Positions 54,502 through 64,000 of a DNA stretch of 64,000 bases are shown piece after piece. The notes under the pieces were generated by a model, which worked only from the letters and a program-made list of their open reading frames with translations, searched no databases and was not told the DNA's origin. The DNA is from an uncultured delta proteobacterium. GTDB lineage: Bacteria > Myxococcota_A > Polyangia > Polyangiales > B10-G4. The translations under genes were made by a program, and so were the position numbers. The stretch is from the NCBI GenBank assembly GCA_963727445.1, contig CAVSGI010000005.1, positions 32,001 to 96,000 of the forward strand, given 5' to 3'. Positions within the stretch are counted from its first letter, which is position 1, and every line of letters begins with the position of its first letter.

Positions 54502-55548
54502 TCACTCGCGACGGATGATCTCGTCCGCCGGCGGGATGGGAACCTCTTCGGGCCGATCCCGAGGTGGCGGGGGATCGAGGATCGCGACCAGGACGTCGAG
54601 GGCCAGCTCGAGCCGCTCTTCGTCGAGGTCGAGGGACGCGCGCACCTCGGAGCTCTGAGCCTCGACCGAGAGACGCGAGAGGATCGGTCGCGCCACCGCC
54701 GCCGCTATCCCACCGGCTTCGAGGGCGTCCTCGAGGGCCCGGGAGAGCGCCTCGCTGGCCTGCTCCGCCTGGCGAGAGTCGCGCATCCGCATCACCGCCT
54801 CCATCTCGAGCCCCGAGCGAACGGTGGCCCCCAGGCCGAGGGCGCGCGCCCCCCCAATCGCTTCGAGCTCCGTGTCCGTCGACGCACGAAGCCGCTCGCG
54901 AATCGCGCGCCGCCAACCTTCCGGCACGTGCGCCACCAGGATGGCGTCACGCCCAGGCGAGACCTCGTCCCAGAGCGCCGCCAGCACCGGGTCGCGCCGC
55001 GCGCTGGCCGTGTCGCCGCGAATGGCGGCGATGATCTCCCGGACCGTCTCCTCGTCACCACCGGCGATTCCGTCCCGCCCGATGAACGCGGCGCGCGAGC
55101 TGCCCCGCCCGCGCACCGCGGGCACCCCGTCGATATCCGTCCGATGGAGCTCGCCTCCGTCCGCCTCCACGACCTGTCGGACGCAGTCGCCGAGGGCCTC
55201 CGGCTCGAAGTGTCCACGCGCGAGCAGACCGACGCGGGCGAGATCCCCGGGCGCGTCTCCGGAGGCGAAGGCGGTGACCTTGGAGATCGAGGAGAGGGGG
55301 TCTCCTCCGCAGAGATCCTCGATCCTCCGGAGGCCCCCCTCGCCGCCGCGCTCCACCACCATCCGCTGCCAGAGCGTGGAGTCCCTGAGGGCCGGCACGT
55401 CCACGACCAGGATCGCGGTCGTGCCGCGCGGCACGGCGGCCAGGGGATCCCCCGGCAGCTGCAGGCTGCGCCCCGTCAGCCACCACGAGAGCAGCCCGAC
55501 GGACACGATGATCCCGAGGAGTAACGCGGTGTTGCGCCGGCTCTTCAC
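54502..55548 (-). CDS. Hypothetical protein with N-terminal membrane anchor
   Basis: N-terminal TM, VDVPALRDS; long ORF. Confidence 0.65.
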   Translation of the reverse strand: MKSRRNTALLLGIIVSVGLLSWWLTGRSLQLPGDPLAAVPRGTTAILVVDVPALRDSTLWQRMVVERGGEGGLRRIEDLCGGDPLSSISKVTAFASGDAPGDLARVGLLARGHFEPEALGDCVRQVVEADGGELHRTDIDGVPAVRGRGSSRAAFIGRDGIAGGDEETVREIIAAIRGDTASARRDPVLAALWDEVSPGRDAILVAHVPEGWRRAIRERLRASTDTELEAIGGARALGLGATVRSGLEMEAVMRMRDSRQAEQASEALSRALEDALEAGGIAAAVARPILSRLSVEAQSSEVRASLDLDEERLELALDVLVAILDPPPPRDRPEEVPIPPADEIIRRE

Positions 55549-55644
55549 CCGCGCTTCATCGCATGGAAGGGCGGGCGGGTCGACCCCCGGGACAAGCGGG
55601 AGGGATGTGGTATAAGCGCCTACGCCCTCTTACATGGAGGCCTG

Positions 55645-56103
55645 ATGCCCGAGCGTCCCCTGGTTCTGATCTTGAGCGAAGACGAGCTGCTCAGCGAGCT
55701 GCTCGCGGAGCGTTTCCGTCAGGACCACCTCGAAGCGCACACGGCCAGCGACCTCCACGAGGCGGCCACGAAGAGCCGCGAGATCACCGCCCGGGTCGTC
55801 GTCATCGACGCGATGAGCGATTCGCGTCTCGCCACCCAGCTCCTCGACGATCCCTATGCGGTCTTCGCCGGCGAAGCCCAGCCACCCTTCGTGCTCCTGT
55901 GCTCGAGCTCGACGCCCGCGGCCCTGCGCGACCACGGCTTCATCGATCGTGTGATCGGCCTTCCTCAGGCGTCGGACGCCATCGTCGCAGCGGCGCTCAC
56001 CTGCGCCTCCGGCCGTGCGCGACGGGAGATGCGCAGCGGGATTCGCGTACGCTCGGCCGTCGACGAAACGTTCAAGACCAAGACCGGCTCGATCCGGCCC
56101 TGA
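55645..56103 (+). CDS. Degenerate receiver-like protein
   Basis: LVLILSEDE, VVVIDA; GGAGG RBS and TG-G-TATAAG upstream (55608-55616). Confidence 0.6.
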   Translation: MPERPLVLILSEDELLSELLAERFRQDHLEAHTASDLHEAATKSREITARVVVIDAMSDSRLATQLLDDPYAVFAGEAQPPFVLLCSSSTPAALRDHGFIDRVIGLPQASDAIVAAALTCASGRARREMRSGIRVRSAVDETFKTKTGSIRP

Positions 56104-56107
56104 GCAC

Positions 56108-59100
56108 TCATCCTCGCGCCTGGCGCTCGGCGTGGCGCGCCGCGTCCTTTCGACCGAGCCGCTTCCACTGATCGGCGGCGAGCCGCCAAGCGCTCCGCGC
56201 GCGCTCCGGCCAACCCGCCGCGCGTGCCTGCTCCGCCGCATGTACGAGGCAGCGACCGAGGTCGTCGTCGACCAGGCCGCTCTCTTCGAGGGTGGCTCTG
56301 AGATCTCGCTCGCGGGCGTTCCAACCGCTCACGTCTTTGGCCGCGGCCTCGCAGGGAAGGAGCGCCGCGTGGACGAAGACGCGATAGAAGCCGCGGCCTC
56401 CGGTCAGAAGGGCACGCTCCGCGTCCTGCAACAGGAGCGTGGCTTCGTCGAACTCGGCGCGATCGAGGAGGGTGAGCGCCAGATTCATCCGGACGTAGAC
56501 GCCGTCGTCGGAGTCGAGCTCGTCGAGGAGCCTCAGCGCTTCGCGGTAGTGGGCCTCCGCGTACTCGAGCTTGCCGCGTAGTCGGCCGATGTCGCCCATG
56601 CCGTTGAGCGCGGTGGCGATGGCGTGTCGGTTCTGCGCTTCGCGCACGTGGCCGAGGCCTGCGCGCGCCCAGCGCTCAGCGGCATCGAAGTCGCCCTGAC
56701 GCCGGCGAATGTCGGCGAGCCCGATCTCCGAGCGACCGTGATGAAGCGAATCGTCGAGCGAGGCGAAGTGTTCGATCGCGGCTTCGTAGCGCCGCGCGGC
56801 CGCGCCCAGGTCCCCGCGCAGCTTCTCGCACTCCGCGAGGCCGTGGCCGCAGCGCGCCGCCAGTCGTTCTTCTCCCGCGTCCCGCAGGGCGCGCTCGGCT
56901 TTCGCGAAGGCGGTGATGGCGGTGTCGAGATCGGCGCGCTTTTGCGCCACGCCGCCCCGCAGCCAGAGGATCGCGCCCATCAAATCGCGATGCCCGCTCC
57001 GCATCGTGGTCGCCTCGATGCCGTCGAGGATGCGTTCGGTCTCCTCGAGCGCACCGCGGACCGCGTGAGCCTCGGCGAGGCGGACCTCGTTCTCCAACAG
57101 CTCCCGGCTGCCGCTCCCGAGCTCCAGCGCCTCGATGGAGCGACGCCTCAGCGCGAGGAGCTCGCGCGCCTCCCCGAGCTCGGTCGCAGCGATGCGGGCA
57201 TCCGCCGCCCCGAGGAGCGGCTCGAGGGCGTCGTCGTACTCTTCGGCGGCGACGAGATGCCGGCCGCGGCGCTCGAGGGTCCGCGCGTCGGCTTCGGGGT
57301 AGAGAACCGCGATGGCCGAGGCGACGGCGGCGTTGTGCGCCCCCCAGCGTGCGGCGTCGCGCGCCCGCGTCTCCAGCCGTTCGCGAAGCATCCCGTGGAC
57401 GAAGGAGAAACCCTCATCGGTCGGCAGCACCATGCCGCGCGACTCGAGGGCGTCGCGCAGCCGCTCCGGAATCTCGCAATCCGCGAGGCGGCACGCGGTC
57501 TCCCACTCCACGAGGTCGACGGTGCGCCCGAGGCACGCGGCGATCTCGATCGCCCGCTCTGCTCGCGCCGGCTCTTCCATCTCGGTGAGCAGCAGGAGCA
57601 CGCGTTCGCTCCAGACGTCGCGCAGGTCGGCGAGGAGCGCCGCCGCGGCGGACCCCACCGCGGTGAGGCCTCGTGCAGAGGAAGCGAGGAGCCCACGGTG
57701 AACGAGGTCCGAGACGAGCTGCACCGTGTAGAGAGGCTGGCCGCGGGTGCGCGCCGCGACTTCCTCTCCGATCTCGGGAGAGAGTCCGAGCCGCTCGATC
57801 ACCAGCTCGCGATGTTCTTCGTCGTCGAGGGGGCCGAGGTCGAGGGTGTGGACGCGCTCTTCCTCGAGGAGCGACGTGAGGGCCTCGGCTTCCATCGGGC
57901 GCTCGTCGAGCCTCGTCGGGTCGACCGTCAGCAGGAAGAGCGCGCGCATGGGCGTTGCACGATGCGTGCGGAGTGAGTGACGCACGAAGCCGATGGCTTC
58001 GTGCGAATGTTGTACGTCGTCCAGCACCGCGACCACCGGGCGCTCCTCGCCGATGCGAAAGAGCACGCGCGCGATCACCGCCCACCGTTCCGCGGGCTGC
58101 TCCTCTTCGTGCCTGGGCCTCTGCGACAGGAGTCGCACCAGATCCTCGATGTCGGCGTCGGCGTCCTCTTCGGGGGCGAGAGCGAGACCCAGACGGATCT
58201 GCTCGACCAGCTCGGTGCCTTCCAGGTTTCGGGTGCGCAGGTGCGCAGCGAGCATCTTGGTCAGACCGTCGGCCGCCCCCGGAGTGCGCGTGAAACGCGC
58301 GACGAGCGGCGTGGCGACGCCGCTCTCGTGCGCCCGTTCGGCCAGCCAACGCGTGAGATGCGTCTTGCCCAGCCCGCTCGCCCCGCGGAGCACCATGGCG
58401 CGGGGCGTGCCTTCTGCGAAGACGCTGCCGAGGGCGTCCCAGAGCTGGTCGCGTTCGGCGAGTCGCCCGGCGAGCGGGATGGGCCGGAGGCCGAACAGAC
58501 CGAGGCCCATCGCGCGCCCGCTCGGCGTCGCTTCACCTCTCCACGTCGCCGGGAAGGGTGGGCGCGCGAAGGCGTAGGGGGTGACCTGCGGGGGCGGAGG
58601 CGCCATCGCGCCCGCGGGTGCGGCATCCACCTCGGTGACCTCGGCGATCACCACCGTCTCCTCGAAGGCCGCGAGCTCGCTGGGGTCGGGGGCGATCCGC
58701 GGCTCGTCGCGGAAGCTGTCGAGCACGAAGATGGCGTCCGCGGCGGTTCGGAAGCGCGTCTCGGGGCGCTTCGCGAGGAGCACGTCGAGGAAGTCTTGAA
58801 AGCCGGCGGGCACGGGAAAGGGCGCCGCGATGCGAGGGATCTCGGCCAGGCATTGCGCGCGACAGACCGCCAGGCGATCACGCCCCGAAAAGGGTGGACG
58901 ACCCGTGGCGAGCTTGAAGGCGAGGCAACCGACCGAGTAGAGGTCCGTCCAGGGCCCCTGCTCGCGCGAGCGGCCGAGGATCTGCTCCGGCGCCATGTAC
59001 CAGGGCGTGCCTGCGCCAGCCGCTTCCGCCTCGATCTCGTCCCCCGGTCCGAGCGCGTAGGCGATTCCGAAGTCGCTCAGCATGGGAGCGGCGCCTTCTT

Positions 59101-59563
59101 CGGGGCGCGTCAGGAGCACGTTGCTCGGTTTGATGTCGCGGTGGACGACGCCCCGGGCGTGGGCGTGTCCCAATGCTTCGAGGATCGCGCGGAGCAGGCG
59201 CGACAGCTCGTCGAAGCTTCGCGTGCGCGGTCGGTCCTTGAGTGTGCCGCCATCCACGCGCTGCATCACGAAGAAGGGACTGCCCGCCTCCAGCTTTCCC
59301 CGCGAGCGGGCCGCCTCTTCCTCCGAGACGGATCCGTAATCCAGGATCGGGACGATCCCCGGATGTTCCAGGCGCGCCATCGCGCGGACCTCGTTGCGAA
59401 TCGCCTCGCGGAGGTCCCGCTTGTCGGTCAGCTCGCGGCTGAGGAGCTTGACCGCCACCGCTCGTCCCTCGGCCTCGTCGACGCCGCCCCAGACCTCTCC
59501 CATGCCGCCGAGGCCGATCGGCGACTCGAGCACGAAGGGCCCCAGGGCGATCCGCTCGGCCAT
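56108..59563 (-). CDS. Ser/Thr kinase + P-loop NTPase (STAND/AAA_16-like) + TPR protein
   Basis: GLGGMGEV, HRDIKPSN, DFG, GTPWYMAPE; GRLAER, Walker A GASGLGKT, Walker B VLDDVQ, GQPLY; TPR tail. Confidence 0.92.
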   Translation of the reverse strand: MAERIALGPFVLESPIGLGGMGEVWGGVDEAEGRAVAVKLLSRELTDKRDLREAIRNEVRAMARLEHPGIVPILDYGSVSEEEAARSRGKLEAGSPFFVMQRVDGGTLKDRPRTRSFDELSRLLRAILEALGHAHARGVVHRDIKPSNVLLTRPEEGAAPMLSDFGIAYALGPGDEIEAEAAGAGTPWYMAPEQILGRSREQGPWTDLYSVGCLAFKLATGRPPFSGRDRLAVCRAQCLAEIPRIAAPFPVPAGFQDFLDVLLAKRPETRFRTAADAIFVLDSFRDEPRIAPDPSELAAFEETVVIAEVTEVDAAPAGAMAPPPPQVTPYAFARPPFPATWRGEATPSGRAMGLGLFGLRPIPLAGRLAERDQLWDALGSVFAEGTPRAMVLRGASGLGKTHLTRWLAERAHESGVATPLVARFTRTPGAADGLTKMLAAHLRTRNLEGTELVEQIRLGLALAPEEDADADIEDLVRLLSQRPRHEEEQPAERWAVIARVLFRIGEERPVVAVLDDVQHSHEAIGFVRHSLRTHRATPMRALFLLTVDPTRLDERPMEAEALTSLLEEERVHTLDLGPLDDEEHRELVIERLGLSPEIGEEVAARTRGQPLYTVQLVSDLVHRGLLASSARGLTAVGSAAAALLADLRDVWSERVLLLLTEMEEPARAERAIEIAACLGRTVDLVEWETACRLADCEIPERLRDALESRGMVLPTDEGFSFVHGMLRERLETRARDAARWGAHNAAVASAIAVLYPEADARTLERRGRHLVAAEEYDDALEPLLGAADARIAATELGEARELLALRRRSIEALELGSGSRELLENEVRLAEAHAVRGALEETERILDGIEATTMRSGHRDLMGAILWLRGGVAQKRADLDTAITAFAKAERALRDAGEERLAARCGHGLAECEKLRGDLGAAARRYEAAIEHFASLDDSLHHGRSEIGLADIRRRQGDFDAAERWARAGLGHVREAQNRHAIATALNGMGDIGRLRGKLEYAEAHYREALRLLDELDSDDGVYVRMNLALTLLDRAEFDEATLLLQDAERALLTGGRGFYRVFVHAALLPCEAAAKDVSGWNARERDLRATLEESGLVDDDLGRCLVHAAEQARAAGWPERARSAWRLAADQWKRLGRKDAARHAERQARG

Positions 59564-59669
59564 GGGCCATGCTATCCCCTCGCGGGTGTCCCGCCGAGCC
59601 CGCGGGTGGGGAGTGTGACGGTGCGACAACCTTGACGAGGCGCTCCTGGCCCCGAATCATCCGAGACAC

Positions 59670-60539
59670 GTGACGGGAGCGGAGCACGCGAGGCAGCAGC
59701 CGAAGCTGCCCGAGGTGGGAACGGTTCTCGGGGAGCGATTCCGCCTCACCGAGAAGCTCGCCGAGGGCGGCATGGGAGCGGTGTACCGTGCGCACGACGA
59801 GATGATGCTTCGCGACGTCGCGGTGAAGGTGCTCCTGCCCGAGCTCCTCGACGACGCCGACATCCATCGCCGCTTCCGGCGCGAGTCCTCCATCCTCGCC
59901 GCCCTCGACCATCCGGGCGTGGTGAAGACGCTGGCGATGGGGACCGACGACGCCGGCCGGAGCTGGACGGCCATGGAGCTCCTCACCGGTGGCACGTTGC
60001 AGGCGGCGATCGAGCGAGAGGGCCGGATCAGCGCCAAGGCGCTTCTGCCCATAGTCGAGGGCATCTGCGACGCGCTCGAGGCGGTGCACGATCACGGGGT
60101 GGTGCACGGCGACCTCAAGCCGAACAACATCTTCCTGACGCCAGAAGCCCCTGGGGTGAAGCTCGTCGACTTCGGCCTGTCCAAGGTCGCCGGGCTCGAC
60201 CGCCTGACCAAGACGGGAGAGGTCATCGGCACGCCGGCTTACATGGCGCCCGAGCTCCTCACCGGCGAGAGCGAGCCCGACGGGCGCGTCGATACGTATG
60301 GGCTCGGCATCGTGCTCTACGAGGCGCTCAGCGGAAAGCAGCCGTTCGCGGAGAAGAACGCCGGCAAGCTGATGTACGACATCGTGATGGGGAAGAAGGT
60401 GCCGCTCTCCGAGGCAGCGCCCCAGGTTCCCCCCGAGGTCGTCGCCGTGGTGGACAAGGCCATGGCCAACAAGCGCGCCGAACGCTACGCGCACCCCGCC
60501 GAGCTCGCCGCGGCGTTCCGCGCGGCCGTCAGCGCTTGA
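59670..60539 (+). CDS. Stand-alone Ser/Thr kinase domain, non-RD
   Basis: [32 protein letters not shown]; ends right after the kinase fold. Confidence 0.92.
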   Translation: MTGAEHARQQPKLPEVGTVLGERFRLTEKLAEGGMGAVYRAHDEMMLRDVAVKVLLPELLDDADIHRRFRRESSILAALDHPGVVKTLAMGTDDAGRSWTAMELLTGGTLQAAIEREGRISAKALLPIVEGICDALEAVHDHGVVHGDLKPNNIFLTPEAPGVKLVDFGLSKVAGLDRLTKTGEVIGTPAYMAPELLTGESEPDGRVDTYGLGIVLYEALSGKQPFAEKNAGKLMYDIVMGKKVPLSEAAPQVPPEVVAVVDKAMANKRAERYAHPAELAAAFRAAVSA

Positions 60540-60542
60540 GAG

Positions 60543-61655
60543 TCAGGGGCAGCCTTGCGGCAGTCGAATCTGGGGCTTCGCGCCGCCGTAGGTGGCGGCG
60601 TAGCCCGTCATGTGAATCGCGCCGCTGACCGCGTTACAGGGAAGGTTCATGTTGTCGTCGGTGGGCTCGTCACGGATGTCGGCGGCCGCGTTGATGACGC
60701 TGTTGACGAGGTTCAGGCGAAGGTCTCCCGACGCCGGACAGAGCGCGAAATAGGCGACGATCTCCTGCAGGTCGGCGATGCTCCACCGTCCGCTGAGCGT
60801 GGCGCCGCCCGGTGTGATCCCTCGTCCGGAGACGGGAAGCGGCACCGTGAGCTGCGCGTCCTGCAGCCCGACGTCGACGTATCCGGCGTCGACCGGAAAG
60901 CGTAGCGCAGCCTCGTCGGGAACGGGCGCGACGAGGAGCCCGCCAGTCACGTAGGCGGCGCTCTGGACCACCCGTGCCTGCATCGGATCGGACATCGCGA
61001 GCGAGTCTTGGCTCACGTAGAACGTGTCGCTGCCGTCGAAGGCCAGCGGGGTCGCGGGATCCGTCTCCGGATCGCAATCCGAGTCGGAGGACGCATGACC
61101 ACAGACGGTCTGCATGAAGTCGACCTCCACCGTGTGGTCCTCCGACGTGCCGTTCCAGCCGCGGACGCGGACCAGGAGGTTCACGACTCCCTTCCGCTGC
61201 AGGGCCCAGAGATCCGCCTGCGGATCCATCATCAGCATCATGAAGTAGTCGCGGGCGCCGGGGACGACGCGCGCGGCGAAGGCGTTGTCCACGCCACGCT
61301 CTTCGTCCGAAATCACCGAGTCCGAAGTACACGACGCGGTCTCGGTGCCGCTGGTGCAGCGCTGGTCGAGGTTGTAGCCGAAGTTGGAGGTCTCCGGGAA
61401 GAGCTCCCAGTCGACGAAGACGAAGACGTGCTCCATGCCGTCGTCTCCGTCCTCCATCGCGGGGCGCGGAGGAAGCTGGCCGCTGAGGCAGAGGAGGGGA
61501 TCGACCGTTCCCGTGTCGACCGCCGCGGTGTCCGTCGTCGCGTCGGCCACCCCCATGTCCCCGCGCATGCGGGGGATGATGATGGCGCTATCGCAGGCCA
61601 TCGCCTGCATCAGGAGCGCGCCAATCAGAAGTCGCCCGACCACCATCTCCATCAT
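60543..61655 (-). CDS. Cys-rich exported protein or lipoprotein, unknown function
   Basis: Possible lipobox QAMAC, GYNLDQRC, GVDNAF, CNAVS; follows the kinase and PEGA genes. Confidence 0.7.
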   Translation of the reverse strand: MMEMVVGRLLIGALLMQAMACDSAIIIPRMRGDMGVADATTDTAAVDTGTVDPLLCLSGQLPPRPAMEDGDDGMEHVFVFVDWELFPETSNFGYNLDQRCTSGTETASCTSDSVISDEERGVDNAFAARVVPGARDYFMMLMMDPQADLWALQRKGVVNLLVRVRGWNGTSEDHTVEVDFMQTVCGHASSDSDCDPETDPATPLAFDGSDTFYVSQDSLAMSDPMQARVVQSAAYVTGGLLVAPVPDEAALRFPVDAGYVDVGLQDAQLTVPLPVSGRGITPGGATLSGRWSIADLQEIVAYFALCPASGDLRLNLVNSVINAAADIRDEPTDDNMNLPCNAVSGAIHMTGYAATYGGAKPQIRLPQGCP

Positions 61656-61660
61656 GCCCT

Positions 61661-64000
<2,340 letters not shown>

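Overview
GC-rich (~70% by eye) bacterial chromosomal segment. Gene content points to Myxococcota, probably Polyangiales/Sandaracinaceae-like (inference): RomX-like gene beside rluD, four Ser/Thr kinases, a kinase-PEGA-lipoprotein cassette, a TSP3-OmpA protein and many TPR proteins and lipoproteins. Main blocks: (1) a complete MoxR-DUF58-DUF4381-BatA-BatB/C-BatD-BatE operon (minus strand) that ends in a CusR/CopR-type response regulator and is preceded by a cop-box-like operator; (2) romX-rluD-ompA; (3) SDR, two acyl-CoA dehydrogenases and a B12 acyl-CoA mutase large subunit with isobutyryl-CoA-mutase-type residues; (4) a sigma54-type TPR plus four-heme cytochrome c pair; (5) purF, HupE/UreJ, a rifampin-phosphotransferase-architecture enzyme, RluA, MepA, a CoxD-like AAA+, a rhomboid, an orphan DNA MTase, a PilT paralogue and an AI-2E permease; (6) a Ser/Thr kinase cluster. 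Many genes are frameshifted. Most isolated breaks checked are one extra base at a synonymous codon position, which suggests a consensus artefact from mixed strains rather than real pseudogenes. I found no rRNA, tRNA, CRISPR array, transposase or integrase. All family calls are from recalled motifs; no database searches were run.
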